Shown in pieces: positions 49,004 through 56,794 of a stretch of 62,321 nucleotides of DNA. The position numbers and the translations under genes were made by a program. The stretch covers positions 1 through 62,321 of the IMG/VR virus record IMGVR_UViG_3300030202_001124; one strand, 5' to 3'. Position 1 is the stretch's first letter. The number at the start of each line of letters is the position of its first letter. Source of the DNA: a virus. Lineage: Duplodnaviria; Caudoviricetes. The notes under the pieces were generated by a model, which was given only the letters and a program-made list of their open reading frames with translations, searched no databases and had not been told where the DNA came from.

Positions 49004-49472
49004 ACGAATAAATGTTTATAAACTAATTAAATTATAATTAAATCATGTTTAAACACTACCCAACAGAAAAAAAATAATTTTTTTTATACTTCATTCAATG
49101 CGTTTAAACGCTTTTAATATCTGTGCGTCAATTGTTTATATCTGTTGTATTTGGGGAGGTTTTGTTTTCGTTTATTTGAGCGCGTTAGGGGTTTACTCTT
49201 TAACCGCGTACGCGTGAACAGGGGTAAAAGGGGGGAAGGTTAACAGATTGAGACGTTAAGGCGTAATATGTAGGGGTGTACAGGTACAATATAACGCGCG
49301 CGTGTGCGTGTGGTGTGCTACCCCTTAGACCAAAAGCTAAAAAATCCGAAAAGAAATTTTGATTTCCTCTGTTGACCTCTGTAAAATATCGGTTTCATAT
49401 TGGGGGGTGTGTTGCTCAGAAGTATATATAACCCTCAGGTTCTTTGTATCTGATGCTCAAAAAAATTTTTAC

Positions 49473-49480
49473 TATATTTG
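49473..49480 (+). promoter_or_regulatory. -7 promoter box TATATTTG
   Basis: TAnnTTTG before the ATG at 49498. Confidence 0.6.
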
Positions 49481-49497
49481 TTCTAAACTTTACTACT

Positions 49498-49695
49498 ATG
49501 AAAGATATGAACTACACAGGTGGCCTATACGTTAAGAATGGCAGGTTAATAAACGATCGTATGGATGGACAGACTGGAATTGCTAGAGTTGCTTCTATGA
49601 AAAGAGCTGTAGACAATGACAAAAAAATTAACATGATAGCTGAAGGTATTCAGTTAGCAGAAGATAAAAAAGGATTTAATCAATTAGAGTATTAA
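49498..49695 (+). CDS. Small hypothetical protein (likely start MKDMNY at 49498)
   Basis: Monocistronic unit with promoter box and terminator. Confidence 0.6.
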   Translation: MKDMNYTGGLYVKNGRLINDRMDGQTGIARVASMKRAVDNDKKINMIAEGIQLAEDKKGFNQLEY

Positions 49696-49727
49696 TACAA
49701 TATAGTTCTGTTTCGATTCGTTGATTG

Positions 49728-49762
49728 AAGAAGGGTTCTTAGTTGAATCCTTCTTTTTTTTT
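49728..49762 (+). terminator. Intrinsic terminator
   Basis: AAGAAGGGTTC-TTAGTT-GAATCCTTCTT hairpin followed by a T run. Confidence 0.7.
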
Positions 49763-49864
49763 ACGACGAATTTGGATTTAACATAATGTTGAAAATAAAA
49801 ATATGTTATGCACGCATAATAAATTATTTTTTAGAATTTTTAAAAAACATTAAAAAACGTCAAG

Positions 49865-50059
49865 AGTTGTCGTAAGAAAAAAAAGTTGTCGTAATAGTTG
49901 TCGTAAATTAATTTATTGATAATCAATACTTTAACTATATATTTATATTAAAACGTCGTCTTCGACAACTAAAAGTACTATTATACTATAGAAAAAAAAT
50001 AAAATAAATAAAAAATACTATAGGCTGTATATACAACAAAAAGTTGTCGAAAGCGACGT
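49865..50059. repeat. Iteron-like direct and inverted repeats (putative origin)
   Basis: AGTTGTCGTAA at 49865, 49884, 49896; 18-bp inverted repeat 49953-49970 / 50042-50059 around an AT-rich spacer. Confidence 0.7.
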
Positions 50060-50082
50060 AAACAATTTGTTTATTTATTTAC

Positions 50083-50090
50083 TATCTTTG
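50083..50090 (+). promoter_or_regulatory. -7 promoter box TATCTTTG for groEL
   Basis: TAnnTTTG 25 nt before the ATG at 50115. Confidence 0.65.
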
Positions 50091-50114
50091 TTTAAAATTA
50101 AATTAAATCTTAAC

Positions 50115-51716
50115 ATGAACAAAGCTGGATACATACCTAAAGACTTAACATTTGATAGTGAGGGTCGTTCTAAACTCATTAATGGCATAACATCTATTTC
50201 TAAAGCAGTAAAGAGCACCTTAGGCCCTAGAGGCCGTACGGTACTAATAGAATCTCCTGAACACCTGGCAGGAATTACAGTGACTAAAGACGGTGTAACC
50301 GTAGCCAACTCCATTTTCTTAGACGATCCTATTGAGAATCTTGCGATTCAGATGATGAAGGATGCAGCTAGTCGAACCGCCCAGCAAGCTGGTGATGGTA
50401 CTACTACAGCCATTGTACTGACTGAAGCTATAGTCAATGCAGGTGAGAAACATTTAACTGCGGAACATAATATAACCGAGGTAATTAAATTTATAAATGA
50501 ATATAAAAATAAATTAATAGGTGAGTTAGAGAAAAGTTCTAAGAAAATAACGAAGTCTAGATTGTTAGACGTAGCTACCATTTCAGCTAACAACGACAAA
50601 GAGATTGGGTCAATCATTGCCGATGCCTACAAAAAGGTTGGAACGGACGGTATAGTAACGGTTGAGAAGAGTATGAACCACGAGACATATGCCGAGGTAA
50701 CAAATGGAATAAAAATAGACAGGGGATATACATCTAATTTATTTTTAAACAACCAACGTAAGGATGAGTGTATCATGGAGGATGTAATGGTTCTAGTTTG
50801 TGACCAGGAAATTAATAACATATTACAAATTGAGAATGTAATAAAACCAATCATACAAAAAAATAAAAAATTATTAATCATTGCACCATGTGCAACTAAT
50901 GTTGTAAATACCTTAGCCGCTAATGTGGTTAGAAATGGATTGCAACTTTGTAATGTCTCGCCACCAAACTTTGGATACAAACAACACGAGCTGATGCAGG
51001 ACATCGCTTTTGCGGTTGGAGCGAAATATTATTCTGAAAAGACAGGAGATGATTTGAGTCTGCTAAATCTTGATGACCTAGGGCATGTAGATAAAATAAT
51101 AGTGGGCAAGGATAATAGCGTGCTAATAAAAGATGCGCCCATCACACAACAGACTACTGATCGAATAGCGGAGCTTAGAGAACAACAACAAGCTACGGCA
51201 TTTCAGGCTGACCGAGATTTTATAAATCAAAGGATAGCAAGTTTAGCAGGAGCGATAGGGTGTATATACGTTGGGGCTAATAGCGATGTGGAACAAAAAG
51301 AAAAATTTGACCGAGTCGATGACTCGGTGTGCGCCGTGCGCAGTGCCTTACAAGAAGGCATAATAACGGGAGGAGGACTGGCACTGTTCAATTGTGTTGA
51401 CCAAGTGTTTAGTGAGACGGATAATCAAAACAAAGACGTAGCGTATGAGATATTGCGAGATGCCGTTAGAGTACCGCTACAACAAATTATAATTAATGCA
51501 GGTAAAGAACCAAATGATATAATAGTTCTTTTAAACAGAAATAACGAATTTAATCACGGTTATGATGTTAAGAACGAAAAGATGGGAGACATGTTCAAGA
51601 TGGGCGTGATAGATCCCCTTAAGGTTACGAAGAATGCGCTTATAAACGCAGTGTCTGTAGCAACAACCATATTATCAACTAATGCGATTGTAACACATGC
51701 AAGAGCAAAAAATTAA
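50115..51716 (+). CDS. groEL: Chaperonin GroEL (likely start MNKAGY at 50115; no GGM tail)
   Basis: TLGPRGR, VTKDGVTVA, AGDGTTTA, DRGY, GVIDPLKVT motifs. Confidence 0.95.
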   Translation: MNKAGYIPKDLTFDSEGRSKLINGITSISKAVKSTLGPRGRTVLIESPEHLAGITVTKDGVTVANSIFLDDPIENLAIQMMKDAASRTAQQAGDGTTTAIVLTEAIVNAGEKHLTAEHNITEVIKFINEYKNKLIGELEKSSKKITKSRLLDVATISANNDKEIGSIIADAYKKVGTDGIVTVEKSMNHETYAEVTNGIKIDRGYTSNLFLNNQRKDECIMEDVMVLVCDQEINNILQIENVIKPIIQKNKKLLIIAPCATNVVNTLAANVVRNGLQLCNVSPPNFGYKQHELMQDIAFAVGAKYYSEKTGDDLSLLNLDDLGHVDKIIVGKDNSVLIKDAPITQQTTDRIAELREQQQATAFQADRDFINQRIASLAGAIGCIYVGANSDVEQKEKFDRVDDSVCAVRSALQEGIITGGGLALFNCVDQVFSETDNQNKDVAYEILRDAVRVPLQQIIINAGKEPNDIIVLLNRNNEFNHGYDVKNEKMGDMFKMGVIDPLKVTKNALINAVSVATTILSTNAIVTHARAKN

Positions 51717-51726
51717 AATTAAAATT

Positions 51727-51876
51727 ATGGCACACACACCAAATGCTTTTGAAAATGAAATTTTTGAACATTTCAGAACAAAAGAAAAAAGATTGAAGGA
51801 AGCAAAAAAACTTTTGAAAAACAATGGCCACATAGTCATTGAAGCAAAAAACAAGATAGAAGGACAATACACATGA
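51727..51876 (+). CDS. 49-aa hypothetical protein between groEL and groES (not in ORF track)
   Basis: MAHTPNAFENEIFEHFRTKEKRLKEAKKLLKNNGHIVIEAKNKIEGQYT; ATGA overlap with groES. Confidence 0.6.
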   Translation: MAHTPNAFENEIFEHFRTKEKRLKEAKKLLKNNGHIVIEAKNKIEGQYT

Positions 51877-52130
51877 AGCCAATAGGTAAGTATATTATCA
51901 TCAACAAGATTGATGAAGAAATAAAAACAAATTCAGGGTTATTATTATCAGCAGCCGATGTGCAAGAGTTTCGTTACATAAAAGGCCAAGTTGTAAAACC
52001 AGGCAGTGAGGTAAGCGTAATAAAAGAAAACGATTTAATTTATTACGACAGCGGCTCAGGTCACAGCATGCTTATAAACGATGAACCCTACACAATTATT
52101 CTTGAGAGAGATGTCGTTGTTGTTTTATAA
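51873..52130 (+). CDS. groES: Co-chaperonin GroES
   Basis: MKPIGKYIII...KTNSGLLL...GQVVKPG...ILERDVVVVL. Confidence 0.9.
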   Translation: MKPIGKYIIINKIDEEIKTNSGLLLSAADVQEFRYIKGQVVKPGSEVSVIKENDLIYYDSGSGHSMLINDEPYTIILERDVVVVL

Positions 52131-52578
52131 AGTTGTTTATTTCGACAATCATGTTACGGTAAACCTTATCCATGTAAGAAGCATCATTGCGGAATAAAGG
52201 GTTGGAGTGCGCTGTTTCAGCAATTTCTTCACCGTTTAATTTTTTATAAACTAATGTTATTATGCGTTTCGCCTTATAAGTTAGTTCATAGAGTGTAGTC
52301 TCTTTGCCCTTTCTCTTCCTCCAAACATGTATCCAATCATCTCTTAGTAATCTTTTAAATCTTTTAACATCCCAGCTCATTACCTCCTCGTATTTTAAAA
52401 ATTCTGTTTTGTTAAATATATCTTCGCTGTATAAAAACAATAGCATTTCTAAGTCAGGAGTAGTTAATCCATACTTAGCTTTTACCCAATACCTAATAAC
52501 TCTCCAATATTTTAAATAATCATGGCTAGGCTTACGTCTTGTGGTAGGTTTTCTTTTGGTTACGCCTTTAACTTTCAT
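52096..52578 (-). CDS. Winged-helix (MarR-like) DNA-binding protein
   Basis: YGLTTPDLEMLLFL...FKRLLRDDWI...LYELTYKAK pattern. Confidence 0.55.
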   Translation of the reverse strand: MKVKGVTKRKPTTRRKPSHDYLKYWRVIRYWVKAKYGLTTPDLEMLLFLYSEDIFNKTEFLKYEEVMSWDVKRFKRLLRDDWIHVWRKRKGKETTLYELTYKAKRIITLVYKKLNGEEIAETAHSNPLFRNDASYMDKVYRNMIVEINNFIKQQRHLSQE

Positions 52579-52591
52579 TTAATTTAATTTG

Positions 52592-52599
52592 TATATTTG
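52592..52599 (+). promoter_or_regulatory. -7 promoter box TATATTTG for the basic-peptide cluster
   Basis: TAnnTTTG before the ATG at 52622. Confidence 0.6.
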
Positions 52600-52621
52600 T
52601 AAAAATACATAAATAATATAA

Positions 52622-52750
52622 ATGGCTAAACCCAATGCATCAAAGTATATATCTAAATCTAGCAAGCGTCCTGGAGTACATTCCAAAAACGCTTCTAGAG
52701 GACAAAGCGGATATAAAAACATATACAGAGGGCAAGGCCGAAACAGATAA
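52622..52750 (+). CDS. 42-aa basic peptide ending YRGQGR (not in ORF track)
   Basis: MAKPNASKYISKSSKRPGVHSKNASRGQSGYKNIYRGQGRNR. Confidence 0.6.
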   Translation: MAKPNASKYISKSSKRPGVHSKNASRGQSGYKNIYRGQGRNR

Positions 52751-52753
52751 ATT

Positions 52754-53014
52754 ATGATGAATAAAAAACCAATGCTAAATGCAGTTCAAAAACCTATGAT
52801 GTCTATGAAAAAACCTAAGTTTAATGCAAAACTCAAATCAGCAGCTAAGTCTGGTAAGTTAGACAAAAATCCAAAATTCAAAGCAGCAGTTATGAAAAGC
52901 AAGCCTAAAATGTCAATCAAAAAGAAACCTATGATGATGGCTAAGAAAAAGAAACCTATGATGATGGCTAAAAAAAAGAAGCCTATGATGATGGCTAAGA
53001 AGAAGAAAAAGTAA
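52754..53014 (+). CDS. Lys/Met-rich basic protein
   Basis: KKKKPMMMA repeats; synonymous variation between repeat units supports coding. Confidence 0.65.
   Translation: MMNKKPMLNAVQKPMMSMKKPKFNAKLKSAAKSGKLDKNPKFKAAVMKSKPKMSIKKKPMMMAKKKKPMMMAKKKKPMMMAKKKKK
52922..53002 (+). repeat. 27-nt tandem repeat x3 encoding KKPMMMAKK
   Basis: AAGAAACCTATGATGATGGCTAAGAAA and two variants. Confidence 0.85.
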
Positions 53015-53353
53015 ATGTCATTTAAGTTAAAAAATACCTACGAAATGTTTGGGTATAATAAACAATTTAGTAATGGAGATAGACTCGTTACTGAAAAAAA
53101 ATTACCTAAAGATGTTTATGGACAAATAAATCCTAATGGAGTTATTGAAATAAACAAAGACATTTCTAATAAAAATAAAAAGCGTGCGGTTGCACATGAA
53201 CAAGTTCACTTGAATCAAATGAACGAAGGCAGGTTGCGTTATGATCATAATAATTATTATTACAGAACAAGTAGTACTTCACCTATAGAAGTGATACCTG
53301 TTTCTAAAATTAACACAAGAGACAGGGATTTACCTTGGGAAAATCATAGTTAA
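53015..53353 (+). CDS. Small zincin-like metallopeptidase
   Basis: G.I.IN...AVAHEQVHLNQ HExxH motif and LPWE. Confidence 0.6.
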   Translation: MSFKLKNTYEMFGYNKQFSNGDRLVTEKKLPKDVYGQINPNGVIEINKDISNKNKKRAVAHEQVHLNQMNEGRLRYDHNNYYYRTSSTSPIEVIPVSKINTRDRDLPWENHS

Positions 53354-53365
53354 ATTAAAAATATC

Positions 53366-53683
53366 ATGCCACGCAATAACGTTACAACTATATACACTTC
53401 TAAATCTAATAATAAAAAAGTAAAACGTAAAGAACGAACGGTAGTAACTAATTCGACTGGCGCATATAAATCTAAAAGCTCGAGTTCATTAAGAAAGCCT
53501 AGGGGAAGATATAAACAAAAAGGTGTATTTTTAAATAATGATGGAACTGCTACAGTATCTACTAGTAGTTTGAGAAATCCTAAAGGAAGAACTAGAGTGA
53601 TTACTAACAAAAAGAAAGCAAAAAGAAAAGTGGATAAAAGTAAAAAAAGATTTCAAAAACAAATAGATAAAAAACTAAAATAA
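53366..53683 (+). CDS. Highly basic hypothetical protein
   Basis: K/R-rich ORF with internal repeat SSSLR.P.GR. Confidence 0.55.
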   Translation: MPRNNVTTIYTSKSNNKKVKRKERTVVTNSTGAYKSKSSSSLRKPRGRYKQKGVFLNNDGTATVSTSSLRNPKGRTRVITNKKKAKRKVDKSKKRFQKQIDKKLK

Positions 53684-53835
53684 TGGCAAAGGGAAGAACT
53701 AAAAAAAAAGGCAACAAAATATGTTCAGCAGGTATAGCTTGGGCAAAAAGAACATTTGATAAATATCCGTCTGCTTATGCTAACATGGCGGCTAGTAAAT
53801 ATTGCAAGGATCCTAATTATGGCAAAAAGAAATAA
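53683..53835 (+). CDS. 50-aa basic protein with YPSAYAN motif (not in ORF track)
   Basis: MAKGRTKKKGNKICSAGIAWAKRTFDKYPSAYANMAASKYCKDPNYGKKK; TAATG coupling at both ends. Confidence 0.65.
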   Translation: MAKGRTKKKGNKICSAGIAWAKRTFDKYPSAYANMAASKYCKDPNYGKKK

Positions 53836-54077
53836 TGGGTGAGCTAGCAAAATGGAGAAAACAAAAATGGGTTCGTGTTGGAACTGATGGAAAAATTAAA
53901 GGAGCTTGTGGAACAAGTAAGAATAAAAAAAATCCAGACAGGTGTCTACCGTTAGCCAAAGCTCGTAGTTTATCAAAAAGACAATTAGCAGCAACAGCTA
54001 GAAAAAAGAAAAAAGCAGGTTCAAAAGGCAAACAGTTTGTATCAAATACATCAGCAGCAAAAGTAAGAAGTTCGTAA
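53835..54077 (+). CDS. Basic protein (DUF5872-like)
   Basis: L.KW.KQKWV...CG...P.RCLP motif; family name from memory. Confidence 0.6.
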   Translation: MGELAKWRKQKWVRVGTDGKIKGACGTSKNKKNPDRCLPLAKARSLSKRQLAATARKKKKAGSKGKQFVSNTSAAKVRSS

Positions 54078-54334
54078 TGGCCGAAAAAAACATCAGAAAA
54101 ACTACTGTAGGTAAAGGAAGAAACTTTCGTAAAGCTTCTGAAGGTGCAGGTATGACTAAAGCAGGGGTGGCTGCGTACAGAAGAGCTAACCCTGGATCAA
54201 AACTTAAAACAGCCGTTACAGGTAGGGTAAAAAAAGGAAGTAAAGCAGCAAAACGAAGAAAAGCTTTTTGTGCAAGATCGAGAAGTTGGACAGGAGAACG
54301 AGGAAGAGCGGCTAGAAGACGCTGGAGATGCTAA
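54077..54334 (+). CDS. Basic protein (DUF6321-like)
   Basis: GMTKAGVAAYRRANPGSKLK...RRKAFCAR...RRWRC; family name from memory. Confidence 0.65.
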   Translation: MAEKNIRKTTVGKGRNFRKASEGAGMTKAGVAAYRRANPGSKLKTAVTGRVKKGSKAAKRRKAFCARSRSWTGERGRAARRRWRC

Positions 54335-54345
54335 AAAATATTTAT

Positions 54346-54353
54346 TATATTTG
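54346..54353 (+). promoter_or_regulatory. -7 promoter box TATATTTG
   Basis: TAnnTTTG before ORF 54371. Confidence 0.55.
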
Positions 54354-54370
54354 TTACTTAAATTATTATT

Positions 54371-54568
54371 ATGAAAAAACAAGGGTATAATTCTAGACTA
54401 GATGAATCTTTAGGTTCTAGAAACGGAAAAAAGTCTCAATCTATGAAGGATCGTAGAGATGAGTCTAAAGCAATGTCTAAAAAAATGTATGGTCATGCTT
54501 ATGGCGCTGACAAATCTATGTCATACAGACATACACCAAAAGTTGTTAAGCACGATCATTTAAAGTAA
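54371..54568 (+). CDS. Basic hypothetical protein
   Basis: QGYNSRLDESLG...QSMKDRRDESKAM. Confidence 0.6.
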   Translation: MKKQGYNSRLDESLGSRNGKKSQSMKDRRDESKAMSKKMYGHAYGADKSMSYRHTPKVVKHDHLK

Positions 54569-54572
54569 AATT

Positions 54573-54731
54573 ATGAGCTTTAAAAAAGTAGCTGCAAAAA
54601 TTGCAAGAAAAGGAGGGTACTCTAAAAAAGCAGCTTCTGCTATATTAGCCTCTGCAAGTAGAAAAGCTAGCGCTAAAGCTAAAAGAAAAAACCCTAAACT
54701 TAAAAAAGTTAAAGGAAAAGCAAAGAAATAA
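54573..54731 (+). CDS. 52-aa Lys/Ala-rich peptide (not in ORF track)
   Basis: MSFKKVAAKIARKGGYSKKAASAILASASRKASAKAKRKNPKLKKVKGKAKK. Confidence 0.6.
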   Translation: MSFKKVAAKIARKGGYSKKAASAILASASRKASAKAKRKNPKLKKVKGKAKK

Positions 54732-54741
54732 ATCAAATTAA

Positions 54742-54888
54742 ATGGCTAAAAAGAAAAAAAAATTAGTTTTAAAAGAAAAGAAAAATCCTATCAATGCTCA
54801 AAAAGAATATCAATTGAGAATGATAGAAAGAGCTAAAGAAATAGAAGAAAGAATTAAAGGAAGAAATGCACTGTTAAATGAAAAATAA
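54742..54888 (+). CDS. 48-aa basic peptide (not in ORF track)
   Basis: MAKKKKKLVLKEKKNPINAQKEYQLRMIERAKEIEERIKGRNALLNEK. Confidence 0.5.
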   Translation: MAKKKKKLVLKEKKNPINAQKEYQLRMIERAKEIEERIKGRNALLNEK

Positions 54889-54964
54889 AGTAAAACCTTG
54901 TCAATGCGGTTACACTGAAGATCCTTCAGGAAAATGCGATGGCTCTCATTTAAATAATAATTAA
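54878..54964 (+). CDS. 28-aa CDGSH iron-sulfur-domain peptide (not in ORF track)
   Basis: MKNKVKPCQCGYTEDPSGKCDGSHLNNN; stop coupled (TAATG) to the next ORF. Confidence 0.6.
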   Translation: MKNKVKPCQCGYTEDPSGKCDGSHLNNN

Positions 54965-55143
54965 TGTTAGGAAGCAAGAAATCAGACACGTTGAAAGTTA
55001 AGAAAAAAATGTCTAAATTAGATTCAATTAATTTTAGCAATAAAAACGTGTCTAAATTAATGAAGAAGTTTAGAAAAAGTTTATATAACAAGTCAAAGAA
55101 ACATATGGATTCTATGGCCCAATTTGTTAAACCTAAAAAATGA
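54964..55143 (+). CDS. 59-aa basic peptide (not in ORF track)
   Basis: MLGSKKSDTLKVKKKMSKLD...FVKPKK; overlaps neighbours at both ends. Confidence 0.5.
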   Translation: MLGSKKSDTLKVKKKMSKLDSINFSNKNVSKLMKKFRKSLYNKSKKHMDSMAQFVKPKK

Positions 55144-55286
55144 AATCTAAAGGATTAGGTGATAGTATAGAAAAGTTTACTAAAGCCACAGGAATAAAAA
55201 GAGTTGTAGAGTCAGTCACTAATGGCGATTGCGGGTGCAACAAGCGTAAGGATTCTTTAAATAGAATGTTTCCTTACAAAAAATAA
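55140..55286 (+). CDS. 48-aa protein with GLGD and CGC motifs (not in ORF track)
   Basis: MKSKGLGDSIEKFTKATGIKRVVESVTNGDCGCNKRKDSLNRMFPYKK. Confidence 0.65.
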   Translation: MKSKGLGDSIEKFTKATGIKRVVESVTNGDCGCNKRKDSLNRMFPYKK

Positions 55287-55317
55287 AAGAGAATTTTTAA
55301 CCCTCTAAATTAAAATA

Positions 55318-56130
55318 ATGGCATATCCAAAAATAACGGTTAACACCACACAAGCGATTCAAGTTACTCCAAGTGATTCGATTCCAATTCCAAACCCAAA
55401 TTTTTTAGCAGCAATAGGTACAGGTAACTTTGTTACAACTGGTACAACTACAAACACTGTTACAAATAAATTAATTGACGCATCGGCAACATTTCAAGCG
55501 GCTAACCCGCCACTTCCAATTATTATTGGAGATGTTGCTTATAATATCACCAATACTGCAAACGCAGCTGTAACTGCTGTAGATAGCGGGACACAACTTA
55601 GTCTAGCTTCTGATGCTTTTCAAGCAGGAGGTAATAGTGAGAATTATAAGATAGTAAGACAAAACTCTTTGATTGACGAAGAAATAAACTTTGTAAATTT
55701 AGGTGTTAAAGTTGGAGATATTGTAGTTAATACTGACAATGCAGGAATCGCAACAGTAACTGCTGTAGGAAATGAAGACCAGCTTACTTTAAGTGCCAAT
55801 ATTTTTGGTTCATTAACAACAGCTGACGATAATTTTAGAATTTATTCTCAACAAGAAGGATCTGAATATTATCCTGCTTATTTAGGAAGTAATGGAGGTT
55901 CATCAACTACTTCAAATAACCCTGGATGTTTAATTTATGTAGGAGATACAGGAGTTATAAATACAGGTGCTGATGCAACTTCTAATCAATATAAAAATGT
56001 GACAGTAAGAACTGTAAGCGGAGAAATTATATCATTCAAAAATTTCCCTGTAGGTGATTACCTACCTGTACAAGTGATTCAGGTAATGTCAGGAGGAACA
56101 ACTGCTAATTCTTTGATAGGAATATGGTAA
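55318..56130 (+). CDS. Putative virion structural protein with internal duplication
   Basis: Two copies of LID...GD...N.....A.VTAV....QL.L....F...D/ENY/F.I. Confidence 0.55.
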   Translation: MAYPKITVNTTQAIQVTPSDSIPIPNPNFLAAIGTGNFVTTGTTTNTVTNKLIDASATFQAANPPLPIIIGDVAYNITNTANAAVTAVDSGTQLSLASDAFQAGGNSENYKIVRQNSLIDEEINFVNLGVKVGDIVVNTDNAGIATVTAVGNEDQLTLSANIFGSLTTADDNFRIYSQQEGSEYYPAYLGSNGGSSTTSNNPGCLIYVGDTGVINTGADATSNQYKNVTVRTVSGEIISFKNFPVGDYLPVQVIQVMSGGTTANSLIGIW

Positions 56131-56190
56131 ATTATACACAAACAAACTCTTTACTTTTAGATTTAGAGATAACATATGAAATTGTTAATA

Positions 56191-56340
56191 ATGACAGACT
56201 GGAAACTATACACGATTAACAGTATAGCCTTAGGATTATCTTTAACTCAAATAGAAATTTGGCTCAAGATTATTCTACTTGTATTAACTATTGGCTACAC
56301 TGCACACAAATGGCTAAAGTTAAAACAAAATGATAAGTAA
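56191..56340 (+). CDS. Small membrane protein, possible holin (not in ORF track)
   Basis: MTDWKLYTINSIALGLSLTQIEIWLKIILLVLTIGYTAHKWLKLKQNDK; overlaps the endolysin start. Confidence 0.55.
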   Translation: MTDWKLYTINSIALGLSLTQIEIWLKIILLVLTIGYTAHKWLKLKQNDK

Positions 56341-56794
56341 AAATATTTCAGAGAAAGAAGCAACAAAATCCATAACAGCTTTACGATTAGGTATTGCAAA
56401 CACTCCTGATGGCACGATTTTAGCCAATATGAAAGCGTTAGCGGAAAAAGTATTTCAACCATTAAGACAATGGGTTGGAGGGCCTATAAAAATTAATAGT
56501 TTTTATAGATCTGAAGCTTTAAATAAAGCAATTGGCGGAAGTGCTACTTCACAACACTGTGAAGGAAAGGCAATGGACATAGATGATTTGTATGGTTACA
56601 AAACAAATATGGAAATGTTTAATTATATTAAAGAAAATCTAGATTTTGATCAAATGATTTACGAGTTTGGGAATGAATCAAATCCAGATTGGATTCATGT
56701 TAGCTATGAATCAAAAGAAGAGAATAGAAACAGAATATTAAAAGCGGTGAGAGATAAAGGTAAAACAATTTATATAGATATTACAAATGGCTAA
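56330..56794 (+). CDS. Endolysin, peptidase M15A family
   Basis: INSFYRS..LN..IGG...SQH..G.A.D and WIHVS zinc-peptidase motifs. Confidence 0.85.
   Translation: MISKNISEKEATKSITALRLGIANTPDGTILANMKALAEKVFQPLRQWVGGPIKINSFYRSEALNKAIGGSATSQHCEGKAMDIDDLYGYKTNMEMFNYIKENLDFDQMIYEFGNESNPDWIHVSYESKEENRNRILKAVRDKGKTIYIDITNG

Noticed and set aside
49865-49906. Short direct repeats as a possible CRISPR mini-array
   Set aside because: Repeats are 11 nt with 1-8 nt gaps, so there are no spacers, and no cas genes are present.
56132-56140. TTATACACA DnaA-box-like 9-mer
   Set aside because: Single AT-rich match far from the origin-like locus; expected by chance.
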